Positions 19,442 through 29,947 of a stretch of 32,000 bases of DNA are shown piece by piece; within the stretch, counting starts at the first letter, position 1, and each line of letters opens with the position of its first letter. The DNA is from a cyanobacterium endosymbiont of Braarudosphaera bigelowii (GTDB lineage Bacteria > Cyanobacteriota > Cyanobacteriia > Cyanobacteriales > Microcystaceae): the NCBI RefSeq assembly GCF_020885515.1, contig NZ_AP024987.1, positions 60,001 through 92,000 on the forward strand, written 5' to 3'. The notes below the pieces were generated by a model. That model made no database searches. It was not told where the DNA came from and saw only the letters and a program-made list of their open reading frames with translations. A program made the translations under genes and the position numbers.

Positions 19442-19530
19442 AGCTTAAAAAAACAAGATTGACTAAAACACTTATTTTACATAACTAAAAAACATTTATT
19501 TATAAATTTAAAAAAGAAATTCTATACTAT

Positions 19531-20412
19531 TTATCCTTTAACTGCACCAGCTGTTAGCCCTTCTACAATTCTCTTTTGAAAAAATAAAACCAGTAGAATC
19601 AACGGAAAAGTCCCTAGGACTGTAGCAGCTGAGATAGGGCCATACGGAATTTCAAACACGCTTGAACCACCAATTTGGGCTGTTGCGACGGGAATAGTTT
19701 TCATTGTTTCACGGGTTATAAAAGTAAGAGCAAAAATATACTCGTTCCAAGTAAAGATAAAGGTTAAGATTCCTGTTGTAACTAGAGCAGGAAAAGTTAG
19801 AGGCAGTAAAATCTGGGTTAACATTGGAATAATTTTATAGCCATCTATTCGTGCTGCATCTTCTAATTCTCTAGGTAGTTGTTGAAAGAAGCTACGCATT
19901 ATCAAAATGGTCAATGGTAAGTTTATACCAGAATAAGGAATGATTAAGGCTAAATAATTATTTCCTAAATTTAAAAATCGTATTGTCTCTAATAATCCTA
20001 AGAACAATAAAACATAGGGAAACAAAGATACTATAGAAATTAATACAAGGATAAGATTTTTATGATGAATATTTATTCTTGCAAGTATGTAAGCAGCAGG
20101 AGAACCAATTACTAAACATATAATTGTAGATATTGTAGAAACAATAATACTATTAAAAATGTAGAGAATAAAAGGACGACGTTTAAATAACTCTATATAG
20201 TGTTCAAGAGTTATACGTTGAGGAAAATAAATATTAGGGATAGTAGAAATATCTTCACTAGTCTTTATAGATGTTAAAATTTGCCATATAACTGGAATTA
20301 GAAAAAAAGAGGTAATAAAAAAAATACTAACCCGAAGAAGTACATAGTTGCTATTTTTCTCCCATTTCATTATTTTAATATTCTCCTCTCTTATTTCCCT
20401 TATTCTGAACAA
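19531..20412 (-). CDS. Carbohydrate ABC transporter permease (MalG/GgtD-type)
   Basis: EAA loop ELEDAARIDGYKIIPMLTQILLPLTFPALV, six predicted hydrophobic segments, and FIFTWNEYIFALTFI. An internal start at MKWEKN is also possible. Confidence 0.85.
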   Translation of the reverse strand: MFRIREIREENIKIMKWEKNSNYVLLRVSIFFITSFFLIPVIWQILTSIKTSEDISTIPNIYFPQRITLEHYIELFKRRPFILYIFNSIIVSTISTIICLVIGSPAAYILARINIHHKNLILVLISIVSLFPYVLLFLGLLETIRFLNLGNNYLALIIPYSGINLPLTILIMRSFFQQLPRELEDAARIDGYKIIPMLTQILLPLTFPALVTTGILTFIFTWNEYIFALTFITRETMKTIPVATAQIGGSSVFEIPYGPISAATVLGTFPLILLVLFFQKRIVEGLTAGAVKG

Positions 20413-20436
20413 TTAGCCTAACGATATTATAGATAT

Positions 20437-21315
20437 TTATCTATCTTTTTTAAAGCTTATTAATAAGATTCCGGCAATTCCAACAACTATTATTAATAGT
20501 AAAAAAGTTATTACAACCAATGCAGCACCATAACCGAAATCTAGGTATCTCATAACTGTTGCATAAATATAAATAGAAACAGTTTCTGTCGCCCCGGCAG
20601 GACCTCCTCCTGTTATGACTTGAACTAAATCAAATACACCAAAGGCTTGTGCAAATCTAAATAATATTGCAATTAGAACTTGTGGCATAATTAGTGGCAA
20701 GGTGATCTGGCAGAAACTTTGCCAAGGTTTTGCTCCATCTATAGCATGTGCTTCATACAAATCTTGTGGGATTGATTGTAAGCCTGATAGCAAAATAATA
20801 CCAAGAAATGGAGTTGTTTTCCATACATCTGCAATAATCAAAACAATCATAGCCAAAGTTGGATTACCTAACCAATTAATTCCAGTATGAATGATGCCCA
20901 AACGTTGTAAAATATCATTAACAACTCCATACTGATCATTAAAAATCCATGCCCAGGCCAATCCCATTATTGCAGTCGGTAACGCCCAAGGAATCATAGA
21001 AATAACTCTAACAGCACCTCTACCGAAAAAGGTTTGGTTTAAAGTTAAGGCCAAAATCATTCCTAAAATTAATTCTAAAGTAACACTTATCGCAGTAAAT
21101 ATAGATGTATTCCAAATGGCTTGTAAAAAACGTCCATCTCTTGCCATTCGAAAATAATTTGATAATCCTGAGAAAATAGGTTCTAGCTGAGTACCAAGAT
21201 TTTTAGTAAATAAACTTAATAAAAATGCACTTGCAATTGGATAAATAAATACAAAAATCAATAAAAGTAAGGCTGGAAGCATTATTAGCCAGCCTGTTTG
21301 ATTTTCATTTTTCAT
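20437..21315 (-). CDS. Carbohydrate ABC transporter permease (MalF/GgtC-type)
   Basis: EAA loop DLYEAHAIDGAKPWQSFCQITLPLIMPQVLI and VFDLVQVITGGGPAGATETVSIYIY. It is 24 bp upstream of the partner permease on the same strand. Confidence 0.88.
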   Translation of the reverse strand: MKNENQTGWLIMLPALLLLIFVFIYPIASAFLLSLFTKNLGTQLEPIFSGLSNYFRMARDGRFLQAIWNTSIFTAISVTLELILGMILALTLNQTFFGRGAVRVISMIPWALPTAIMGLAWAWIFNDQYGVVNDILQRLGIIHTGINWLGNPTLAMIVLIIADVWKTTPFLGIILLSGLQSIPQDLYEAHAIDGAKPWQSFCQITLPLIMPQVLIAILFRFAQAFGVFDLVQVITGGGPAGATETVSIYIYATVMRYLDFGYGAALVVITFLLLIIVVGIAGILLISFKKDR

Positions 21316-21406
21316 CTTAGGTAAATTATTACAACATAATAAGATTCTAACCAGAAATTATAAATATTATTTAATCAAAAAGATATTTTGAATCTATTCT
21401 ATTTCT

Positions 21407-22513
21407 TCAGGTTTCTGTTTTATTCAATGTCTTGTTTTGTTTTTTTCTATAGCTATTCAACATTAAAATCATTAAAGTTAATATAGTAATAGGAATTACA
21501 AAAAATGACATAATGCTACCAAAAATAGGCAATCCGTGATGTCCTGTAGAATATAATACTAAGTATGTTGTATAAGCAACATAATAACTTAGAAACAAAA
21601 AGCCTTCCCAACGTCTGATAATGTTTTCTGTAAAAAAGATAGGCAGACATGCCACTTCGATAGCTATCATTACTGGTAAATCAAAATGTAAAGCAGCATC
21701 AGAAACAGGAACTCCTGTCGGTGAAGCTATAGCACAAATAGCTAGTACAGTTAAAATATTAAAGATATTGCTACCGATAACATTTCCTACAGCAATATCT
21801 CTTTCTCCCTTTAATGCTGCGACGGCTGAAGTTGCCAGCTCAGGCAAAGATGTTCCTGTAGCTACAATTGTTAAGCCAATAATCAAATCGCTTACTCCAA
21901 TTTTACGGGCAATCTCTGTTGCACTATCAACTAACCATTGAGATCCCAATACCAAGCATCCTACACCCAATAAAATAAATATAATGTCTTTAATAAATCT
22001 ACTAAAGGATAGAGGTGAAATCTTACTTTCATCATCATTAGGGTTTGAATTACTTGACTCTTTTGCCCCTTTATAAATTAAAAAAGTAGTGTATATAACA
22101 CCACCAATCAATAAAATGATTCCGTCAGAACGATGTATTGTACGATCTAGCCCGAAGAAAAAAGTTAAAATTGATACTCCAATCATAATAGGAACATCTA
22201 AACGAATTAATTGTTGAGCAACTATCAATGGAATAGCTAAAGAAGATATTCCTAAAATGACTAAAATATTAAAAATATTACTGCCAATAACATTTCCTAG
22301 AGCTAGATCTGCTTGACCGGCTAAACTTGACTGAACAGCTACTGCCATTTCCGGAGAGCTAGTCCCGTAAGAAACAATAGTTAGTCCTACAACTAAAGGG
22401 GAAATTCCGAGACTTGAAGTTATATCAGCAGCCCCTCTAACTAAAACTTCTGCACCGACCATCAACAGGACAATTCCAGCCACTAACAAACCAAAAACTA
22501 AGATAAAACTCAT
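21407..22513 (-). CDS. Calcium/sodium antiporter (YrbG-like, CaCA family)
   Basis: Duplicated alpha repeats GLTIVSYGTSSPEMAV...NVIGSNIFNILVILG and GLTIVATGTSLPELATS...NVIGSNIFNILTVL. Confidence 0.9.
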   Translation of the reverse strand: MSFILVFGLLVAGIVLLMVGAEVLVRGAADITSSLGISPLVVGLTIVSYGTSSPEMAVAVQSSLAGQADLALGNVIGSNIFNILVILGISSLAIPLIVAQQLIRLDVPIMIGVSILTFFFGLDRTIHRSDGIILLIGGVIYTTFLIYKGAKESSNSNPNDDESKISPLSFSRFIKDIIFILLGVGCLVLGSQWLVDSATEIARKIGVSDLIIGLTIVATGTSLPELATSAVAALKGERDIAVGNVIGSNIFNILTVLAICAIASPTGVPVSDAALHFDLPVMIAIEVACLPIFFTENIIRRWEGFLFLSYYVAYTTYLVLYSTGHHGLPIFGSIMSFFVIPITILTLMILMLNSYRKKQNKTLNKTET

Positions 22514-22551
22514 TCAGATCTCTAATAATTATTGGGATAGAAAAGTAAACA

Positions 22552-22586
22552 AATAGGCTTTTTCAGCCTAGCCATAAAAGCCTATT
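22552..22586 (-). promoter_or_regulatory. Hairpin about 38 nt upstream of the Ca/Na antiporter start
   Basis: AATAGGCTTTT - 13 nt loop - AAAAGCCTATT, 11 perfect base pairs. A competing small hairpin AGGCT-TTTTC-AGCCT overlaps it. Confidence 0.5.
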
Positions 22587-22752
22587 AGACTATAATATTT
22601 GAGACTCTTATCTAGTACTTTTTGTGTAGCTCAAAAAAATGTTTTTATTAAAACTAAATCTTAGCCTTGTAAATCTTGCTGTACTTGGGTTATAGGCACT
22701 TTCTGTTATCATCCTATTACGAACATTCCAAAAATAATAAAAATAGTATCCA

Positions 22753-22771
22753 ATTCAAATTATTTGAATTC
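22753..22771. repeat. Perfect 19-nt inverted repeat
   Basis: AATTCAAAT-T-ATTTGAATT. Confidence 0.8.
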
Positions 22772-23168
22772 AGTACTGTTTTCAACTACAAGATTGTAAA
22801 TACATTTGTGAGAGAAAGCAAGTAAGATAACAAATTTAAGTTTAGTAAAACGTTATTTTATAAATTACCTTTGTATATAAAAATAATTCTATTACTCTAC
22901 ATAAATTAGTGTTTTATCTCAAACGGTAAGTAAATTTTATATTATCTTATTATATAAGCTAGATTCGCATATAGATTTATAAATAGAAAAGTATTACTAT
23001 CTATGCATTAATAAATATTAAAATCTTATAAATCAGCCAGAACTCATAGACACGATAAACATATCTAAGTTTTCAAACTTAAAATTAACTTGGTCAAGAG
23101 CCATTTTAATACATTTAGAAATTATACTTTTCTATACAAGGTTCTTCTATTTTACCAACATAAGTTTT

Positions 23169-24944
23169 TTATATAGGGTAAATTCTTAATCTGCGGTTAG
23201 GTTCTTCTCCAGAGCTATCTGACTGTAAACGATAATGTTCAATTAGTTCATGTTGCATGCCTCGCACTTTAGGAGATCTTGGTAATAGTTCTACTGGTTG
23301 ACATTTAGGTAAAACAATTTGCTCAATTGCTAATCTTGCCTCCTCTAAAGCTTCCAATTCGTCATCATTATCTCCTCTAGTAAAAAGACGTAAATCAGCT
23401 GTTTTAGAAACTTGCATTTCACTAACTCCTAGTAATTTTTGTAAAGTGCAAGTGATTTGAGGAATAGTATTAGATTTCACGCCATGAATAGGAATTTGTC
23501 TCATTTTGGTCACTTGGCGTAGTTTTGATTGATTTTTTAAGTATGAGCGTAATGCAAGAACTACATCAGCACTGTCTAGATCCTTTGTTACCATAATTGG
23601 TAGCTGAAGAATCTTAATAACTTGTTCTAAATGAGATCTACCTATTCCATAAGGATAAACATAGATAGGAAGATCTTCTCCTTCTAGATTAAATGTTTTT
23701 GCTTTACTTCCGTTATCTTTATTCTCGAATTGATACCAGGAAGCATCTAATAGTTTATCAAATTCTAATGTTTCACCTAATTTATTTGCATCTTTACTTC
23801 TTAAGGAAGGAATAGGTATCATTTTACCGGAAGCTCGCCATCCTCTTGGTTGTGTAGCAGTTTTAGGTTGTTGACGATACTCAGGTGTTTTTAAAAGTTC
23901 AGTATCATCAAATGTTTCTTGAGCGATGTTAATCTCTCCATCTTGATTAACTGTTCGTATTTCAGTATTAGGCTTTCCACTACGAAGTAGGGTGTCTATC
24001 GTATACGCTACATCTTGATGGATACTCCATTTTTGACGTTCTAACATCTCAACTGCAATTTCGAAAGTAGGAGGAGCTTTGCGCTCCAGAACAGTTTTTT
24101 GGCAACCTCTTCGTTTTGCTTCTTCATCTCCAAGTGTAACAGCTTGAATTCCTCCTACTAAATCAGAAAGAGTTGGATTTTTCATTAAGTTTTCAATTTC
24201 ATTTCCATGAGCTGTCCCAACCAACTGAACACCTCTCTCAGCAATAGTACGAGCAGCTAAAGCTTCTAACTCTGTTCCAATTTCATCAATAACTATGACC
24301 TCTGGCATATGATTTTCAACTGCTTCAATCATTACTTTATGCTGTAGTTCAGGCGTAGATACTTGCATTCTTCTCGCTTTACCGATTGAGGGATGGGGAA
24401 CATCACTATCTCCGGCAATTTCGTTAGAAGTATCTATAATAACGACTCGTTTATGAAAATCATCGGCGAGGACTCTTGCAATTTCACGTAATGCAGTTGT
24501 TTTTCCTACACCTGGCCGACCTAATAGAAGAAGCGATTTTCCTATTTCTACTAAGTCTCGAATTATAGATATACTTCCAAAGACAGCTCTCCCTATACGG
24601 CAAGTTAGCCCAACAACACTTCCTTTTCTATTGCGTATAGCGCTAATACGATGTAAGGTCTTTTCAATTCCTGCGCGATTATCATCGCTAAAAGTCCCTA
24701 TCCTTTGAATAGTATATTCTAAATCAGCAGCAGAAATTGAAGTCGTTCCTAAATAAATAGCATATTCAGAAAAGCGAGCTTCCGGCAGTCTTCCTAAGTC
24801 CATGACTACTTCTATTAAATGATTACATTCTGGATGATTTTTAATGTGATGATAAATATTTGGTGGTAAAACATCTAGAAGTTTATTTAGTTCATCGGTA
24901 ATTTGGATAGGCTGAAATGAATCTTTTTGAGGTATAAATGCCAC
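23169..24944 (-). CDS. ycf45: Ycf45-type AAA ATPase with C-terminal R3H domain
   Basis: [84 protein letters not shown], and an R3H-like tail [28 protein letters not shown]. Confidence 0.9.
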   Translation of the reverse strand: MAFIPQKDSFQPIQITDELNKLLDVLPPNIYHHIKNHPECNHLIEVVMDLGRLPEARFSEYAIYLGTTSISAADLEYTIQRIGTFSDDNRAGIEKTLHRISAIRNRKGSVVGLTCRIGRAVFGSISIIRDLVEIGKSLLLLGRPGVGKTTALREIARVLADDFHKRVVIIDTSNEIAGDSDVPHPSIGKARRMQVSTPELQHKVMIEAVENHMPEVIVIDEIGTELEALAARTIAERGVQLVGTAHGNEIENLMKNPTLSDLVGGIQAVTLGDEEAKRRGCQKTVLERKAPPTFEIAVEMLERQKWSIHQDVAYTIDTLLRSGKPNTEIRTVNQDGEINIAQETFDDTELLKTPEYRQQPKTATQPRGWRASGKMIPIPSLRSKDANKLGETLEFDKLLDASWYQFENKDNGSKAKTFNLEGEDLPIYVYPYGIGRSHLEQVIKILQLPIMVTKDLDSADVVLALRSYLKNQSKLRQVTKMRQIPIHGVKSNTIPQITCTLQKLLGVSEMQVSKTADLRLFTRGDNDDELEALEEARLAIEQIVLPKCQPVELLPRSPKVRGMQHELIEHYRLQSDSSGEEPNRRLRIYPI

Positions 24945-25642
24945 TGTTTTTGATTAAAAAATATGTAAAATTATCTAGAAGGCAATTTGTCTTTATAACA
25001 AGACATTCCACAGAATTCGTGAATAGAATAATTACAGGATTAGAAATTACATTCTCTAATTCTTCAATTAATTTAAAAATATAATATGTACTTACAGTAA
25101 TTTTTTGAGCAAGATATAAAAAATAAGTGTTATTTTTAACAATTGTTTATATACAGTTTAAATTTTGCTTTATTCATGTGTTTTGTGGAAAAGTTAACTA
25201 ATAATGAGAACTTGATATAGTGTTATAGTTATTACTAATCTTACCCGATTATAGAACAATATAATTGAGTTGTAACATCATATAAATTTCTTTCAATTAT
25301 TTTTAAAATAAGATAAAAGAGAACTGAGGCAGGACAAATAATCACAAGACTTATTTATTTAAAATTTTTTAATGCTCGCTATTTCTTGGTTAAAAGTTAT
25401 TAATCAAAATTATATAAAGTTCCAGAAAACTACATATTAAGGACGCTGCTCTTCATAACAGGTAATTTTACTACGATAATTCATAATATTCCGGATATAT
25501 TAAAGCTGTTAAATTAGCAGGTTTAAGTATTTTTTTAAACTAAATATTCAGTTTAAGATAAATAAGATCTATAGAAATTACTTTATGTTTTTAAAGTTTT
25601 ATTTAATTCAGAATTATGTCAAAGCAAAACTAATATAATCTC

Positions 25643-25671
25643 TTGACATTGTAATTAATTCAAGTTAAGAT
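25643..25671 (+). promoter_or_regulatory. Candidate sigma70-type promoter of the ribosomal protein operon
   Basis: TTGACA (25643-25648), 17 nt spacer, TAAGAT (25666-25671), about 290 nt upstream of rplC. The -35 matches consensus fully and the -10 only partly. Confidence 0.6.
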
Positions 25672-25679
25672 TATGAGTC

Positions 25680-25956
25680 GGGGTTAAAAATTATAAAATA
25701 GTTTTTATTTTAGGGCAGATAAAAGAATCGCTTTAAGATACTGGAGACATAAAACTTTAAGTCTTAGAGAGCAACGGTGATAAAGCCCAGTCCGTCCTGC
25801 GATGAGCAATAAATAATCATCACTTTTTTTGATCGATACCACCAAGTTTTACATTGAGTGTGTATCCTTAAAAGCAAGCAGGAATTTCCTGTGTATGCTT
25901 AGAACGATTAATACCGTTCAGGCAATCTTGTTGTCTAGTTCATAGAGGAAAAAACC
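25680..25956 (+). promoter_or_regulatory. Putative long structured 5' leader of the rplC operon (5' boundary approximate)
   Basis: Between the candidate promoter and the GTG start of rplC. Contains CTTTAAGA/TCTTAGAG (25731-25738 with 25762-25769), ACTGG/CCAGT (25740-25744 with 25787-25791), a two-tier hairpin at 25872-25900, GAACG/CGTTC (25902-25919), and a T7 run at 25824-25830. Confidence 0.5.
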
Positions 25957-26595
25957 GTGGCTATTGGTCTTCTCGGTACCAAACTCGGTATGACCCAAAT
26001 ATTTGATGATGAAACAGGACTTGCTATTCCTGTGACTATCATGAAAGTAGGTCCTTGTACCATTACCCAAATAAAAACATCCGATACCGATGGATATAAT
26101 GCTGTTCAAATCGGCTATTCAGAGGTTAAAGAAAAGGCTTTGGCTAAGCCAGAGTTAGGTCATCTAAAAAAAGCTGGCGCCTTACCCTTACGTCATCTTA
26201 AGGAATATCGCGTTGACGATACACAACCTTATAAGCTAGGAGAAACAGTTAACGCTGATCTCTTTAATGCAGGCGATTTGGTAGATATTACAGGAACATC
26301 CATGGGGAGAGGTTTTGCTGGATATCAGAAGCGTCATAATTTTAAACGTGGCAACATGACTCATGGTTCCAAAAGTCATCGATTACCTGGTTCTACTGGT
26401 GCAGGAACAACTCCTGGAAGAGTTTACCCTGGTAAAAAGATGGCTGGTCAATATGGTGCCAGTCAAGTTACTACTCGTCATCTAAAAGTTGTTCAAGTAG
26501 ATGCTGAATGTAATCTTTTATTAATTAAAGGAGCTGTTCCTGGTAAGCCAGGAGGACTTCTAAACATTATACCAACTAAAATTGTTGGTAAGTAA
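25957..26595 (+). CDS. rplC: 50S ribosomal protein L3
   Basis: [17 protein letters not shown]...[54 protein letters not shown] start with an upstream GAGG. Confidence 0.97.
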   Translation: MAIGLLGTKLGMTQIFDDETGLAIPVTIMKVGPCTITQIKTSDTDGYNAVQIGYSEVKEKALAKPELGHLKKAGALPLRHLKEYRVDDTQPYKLGETVNADLFNAGDLVDITGTSMGRGFAGYQKRHNFKRGNMTHGSKSHRLPGSTGAGTTPGRVYPGKKMAGQYGASQVTTRHLKVVQVDAECNLLLIKGAVPGKPGGLLNIIPTKIVGK

Positions 26596-26634
26596 TCAAG
26601 AACAGTTAATTAAACGAGAAACAAATCAAAAACA

Positions 26635-27267
26635 ATGGTTGATTGTAACGTTAAAAACTGGCAAGGAGAATTAGTAGGGCAGGTTACCTTAAATTTGAAG
26701 GTAGCAAAAGAAGAAAATTCAGCCCACTTATTACACCGCGCAGTAGTTCGACATCTTGCTAATGCTCGTCAAGGCAACGCTTGTAGCAAAACAAGAGCAG
26801 AAGTAAGAGGTGGTGGTCGTAAGCCCTGGCGACAAAAAGGTACAGGCAGAGCTAGAGCAGGTTCCATTCGTTCTCCATTATGGCGTGGAGGTGGAGTTAT
26901 TTTTGGTCCTAAGCCAAGAGACTTTAGCCTAAAAATGAATCGTAAAGAAAGACGATTAGCTTTAAGAACTGCTATTGGCAGTAGAATTGAAGATCTAATT
27001 ATAGTTAAAGATTTTATTGAGCAACTTCCTGATCCGAAGACCAAGGAATTCACTGCAGCTTTAACCCGATGGGGAGTAAAGCCAAGGAAAAAAGTAGCTT
27101 TAATTCTTTTAGAAACAGATAATAATGTTTATTTATCAGCACGTAATCTTTCATATGTAAAAATTTTACGGGCAGATAGTTTAAATATTTATGATTTACT
27201 TAATGCAGACAAAATTATTATAACCTCTGAAGCTTTAGTAAAAATCCAGGAGGTTTACAATGACTAA
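26635..27267 (+). CDS. rplD: 50S ribosomal protein L4
   Basis: [55 protein letters not shown]. Confidence 0.97.
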   Translation: MVDCNVKNWQGELVGQVTLNLKVAKEENSAHLLHRAVVRHLANARQGNACSKTRAEVRGGGRKPWRQKGTGRARAGSIRSPLWRGGGVIFGPKPRDFSLKMNRKERRLALRTAIGSRIEDLIIVKDFIEQLPDPKTKEFTAALTRWGVKPRKKVALILLETDNNVYLSARNLSYVKILRADSLNIYDLLNADKIIITSEALVKIQEVYND

Positions 27268-27568
27268 AAATAAATACGATCCTCGTCATCTGGCCGATTT
27301 AATACTCAAGCCTATTATTACGGAAAAAGCTACCACGCTTTTAGAGCAAAATAAATACGTTTTTAATGTATTGCCTAAAGCTACGAAGCCCGAAATCAAG
27401 GCTGCAATCGAAAGTCTATTTGATGTTAAAGTAATTGGGGTTAATACTATCCTTCCTCCACGGAAAAAACGCCGTGTTGGTAAATTTATTGGTCATAAAT
27501 CCTTGTATAAACGAGCGATTGTGACTTTAGAAGAAGGAAATACAATTAATTTATTTCCTGATACATAA
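27260..27568 (+). CDS. rplW: 50S ribosomal protein L23
   Basis: [26 protein letters not shown]...[23 protein letters not shown]. It overlaps the 3' end of rplD by 8 bp. Confidence 0.96.
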   Translation: MTKNKYDPRHLADLILKPIITEKATTLLEQNKYVFNVLPKATKPEIKAAIESLFDVKVIGVNTILPPRKKRRVGKFIGHKSLYKRAIVTLEEGNTINLFPDT

Positions 27569-27621
27569 ACCTGGTACAGCCAGGGAACTTTCATTAAAAG
27601 AAAAAACCTGAGAGATAATCA

Positions 27622-28449
27622 ATGGGTATTCGTTCCTATCGTCCGTACACTCCCGGAACCAGACAGGCATCTGTTTCAGATTTCGCTGACATCACGAAAC
27701 GCAAGCCTGAAAAATCATTAACTAAATATAAGCACAACAAAAAAGGGCGTAATAATCGTGGTGTTATTACTAGTCGCCATCGTGGGGGCGGACACAAACG
27801 CCTTTATAGGATTATAGATTTTAGACGGGATAAACACGATATTCCTGCAAAAGTTGTTGCTATTGAGTATGATCCTAACCGTAATGCTCGTATTGCCCTT
27901 TTATTTTATCAAGATGGAGAAAAACGCTATATTTTAGCTCCTGTAGGTATTACTATAGGCGCAACTGTAGTATCCGGGGAAAATTCTCCTTACGAAATTG
28001 GTAATGCTCTACCACTATACAAAATTCCTTTAGGTTCAGAAATTCACAATGTAGAATTGATACCTGGAAAAGGTGGGCAAATGGTTCGTTCAGCAGGGGC
28101 TGTGGCACAGCTTGTAGCCAAAGATGGAAACTATGTAACTTTAAAATTACCTTCTAAAGAAGTACGTATGGTACGCAAAGAATGCTATGCCACCATGGGT
28201 CGTGTAGGTAATATTGAAGCTAGAAATATTACATTGGGTAAAGCTGGAAGAACAAGGCATTTGGGGCGAAGACCTCATGTTAGAGGAAGTGTTATGAACC
28301 CGGTAGATCATCCACACGGTGGTGGAGAGGGACGTGCTCCTATCGGGAGAAGTGGGCCAATGACTCCTTGGGGTAAGCCTGCTCTAGGAGCAAAAACTCG
28401 CAATAAGAAAAAAGCCAGTTCACGTCTTATAATACGTCGCCGCCGTTAA
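27622..28449 (+). CDS. rplB: 50S ribosomal protein L2
   Basis: [14 protein letters not shown]...[21 protein letters not shown]...[21 protein letters not shown]. Confidence 0.98.
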   Translation: MGIRSYRPYTPGTRQASVSDFADITKRKPEKSLTKYKHNKKGRNNRGVITSRHRGGGHKRLYRIIDFRRDKHDIPAKVVAIEYDPNRNARIALLFYQDGEKRYILAPVGITIGATVVSGENSPYEIGNALPLYKIPLGSEIHNVELIPGKGGQMVRSAGAVAQLVAKDGNYVTLKLPSKEVRMVRKECYATMGRVGNIEARNITLGKAGRTRHLGRRPHVRGSVMNPVDHPHGGGEGRAPIGRSGPMTPWGKPALGAKTRNKKKASSRLIIRRRR

Positions 28450-28476
28450 AATATCCACTTTGTTAAATTCTTACTT

Positions 28477-28758
28477 ATGAGTCGTTCTCTAAAAAAAGGT
28501 CCATTTATTGCAGATAGTCTCTTGACTAAAATCGAAAAGCTCAATGAGAAAGGAGATAAACAGGTTATTAAAACCTGGTCAAGAGCTTCAACGATAGTTC
28601 CCGTTATGATTGGCCATACAGTTGCTGTACACAATGGAAAACAACATATTCCTGTTTTTATTTCAGAACAAATGGTTGGCCATAAATTAGGAGAATTCTC
28701 TCCTACACGTACTTTTAGAGGACACGCTAAAAGTGATAAAAAATCGGGTCGCCGATAA
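28477..28758 (+). CDS. rpsS: 30S ribosomal protein S19
   Basis: [23 protein letters not shown]...[37 protein letters not shown]. Confidence 0.97.
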   Translation: MSRSLKKGPFIADSLLTKIEKLNEKGDKQVIKTWSRASTIVPVMIGHTVAVHNGKQHIPVFISEQMVGHKLGEFSPTRTFRGHAKSDKKSGRR

Positions 28759-28792
28759 AATACAGTAAAAGTTATTTACAAAACTAACAATC

Positions 28793-29155
28793 ATGGCACT
28801 TGACATGACAACAGAGGCTAAAGCCATATCTAAATATATACGAATGTCTCCATTCAAGGTGAGACGCGTATTAGACCAGATTCGCGGGCGTTCTTATCGC
28901 GAAGCTCTCATTATTCTTGAATTTATGCCGTACAGAGCTTGCGAACCAATTATTAAACTTTTACGTTCTGCTGTTGCTAATGCTGAACATAATAATGGAC
29001 TTGATCCAGCAACTTTATTTGTCAGTAAAGCTTATGCTGATGGAGGTCCAAGTTTAAAAAGGTTTCGTCCTAGAGCCCAAGGACGTGCCTATCAAATTCG
29101 TAAACCTACATGTCATATAACCATTACAGTTGCATCTGAGGTGGGAACAAAATGA
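28793..29155 (+). CDS. rplV: 50S ribosomal protein L22
   Basis: [32 protein letters not shown]...[27 protein letters not shown]. Confidence 0.97.
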   Translation: MALDMTTEAKAISKYIRMSPFKVRRVLDQIRGRSYREALIILEFMPYRACEPIIKLLRSAVANAEHNNGLDPATLFVSKAYADGGPSLKRFRPRAQGRAYQIRKPTCHITITVASEVGTK

Positions 29156-29187
29156 TATGTATTTCTAAAAACTAGCCAAGAGAACAT

Positions 29188-29910
29188 ATGGGACAAAAAA
29201 TACATCCAATTGGTTTTCGTTTAGGTATTACCAAAGAACATAAATCTCGTTGGTATGCTGACAAAAGACGTTATCCAGAATTACTACAGGAAGATCTGGC
29301 TATTAGACAACATGTCGAAAAAAACCTTAGCAATGCTGGTATAGCTGATATTCGAATAGAACGAAAAGCTGATCAAATTGATTTAGCAATTCATACTGCC
29401 CGTCCCGGAGTCGTAGTAGGAAGGGGTGGTAGTGGAATTGAGCAGCTAAGAACTGCGCTCCAAAAAAACTTAGGGGAAAATCGTCAAATCCGGATTAATG
29501 TTATTGAGGTATCCAGAGTTGATGCAGATGCTGCATTAATTGCTGAATATATCACTCAACAGCTAGAACGAAGAGTTTCCTTCCGTCGAGTAGTTAGACA
29601 AGCTATTCAAAGGGCTCAAAGAGCTGAGGTTAAAGGTATAAAAATTCAGGTCGGAGGACGTCTTAATGGGGCTGAAATTGCAAGAACTGAATGGGTAAGA
29701 GAGGGACGTGTTCCTCTTCACACTCTCAGAGCAGATATCGACTACTCATATCGGACTGCACAAACAATTTACGGCATATTGGGAGTCAAAGTATGGGTCT
29801 TCAAAGGAGAGATAATTCCGGGACAAGAAGAGCAGGCTGTAGTTTCTACTGCCCCGACTCCAAAACGTAATCGTCGAAAACAGTTTGAAGACCGTTCCAA
29901 TGAAGAATAG
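29188..29910 (+). CDS. rpsC: 30S ribosomal protein S3
   Basis: [25 protein letters not shown]...[18 protein letters not shown]-type KH segment and [11 protein letters not shown]. Confidence 0.98.
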   Translation: MGQKIHPIGFRLGITKEHKSRWYADKRRYPELLQEDLAIRQHVEKNLSNAGIADIRIERKADQIDLAIHTARPGVVVGRGGSGIEQLRTALQKNLGENRQIRINVIEVSRVDADAALIAEYITQQLERRVSFRRVVRQAIQRAQRAEVKGIKIQVGGRLNGAEIARTEWVREGRVPLHTLRADIDYSYRTAQTIYGILGVKVWVFKGEIIPGQEEQAVVSTAPTPKRNRRKQFEDRSNEE

Positions 29911-29947
29911 TTAAGGCTATTAATTTAAAAGTTATTGTTGACTATAA

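Noticed and set aside
20702-20890. 62-aa plus ORF
   Set aside because: Antisense to the MalF-like permease.
21621-21941. 106-aa plus ORF
   Set aside because: Antisense to the Ca/Na antiporter; composition mirrors the repeated exchanger motifs.
25918-26109. 63-aa minus-strand ORF across the rplC start
   Set aside because: Antisense shadow with no motif.
26769-27053. 94-aa minus-strand ORF
   Set aside because: Antisense of the conserved Arg/Gly-rich segment of rplD.
28446-28634. 62-aa minus-strand ORF
   Set aside because: Antisense to rpsS.
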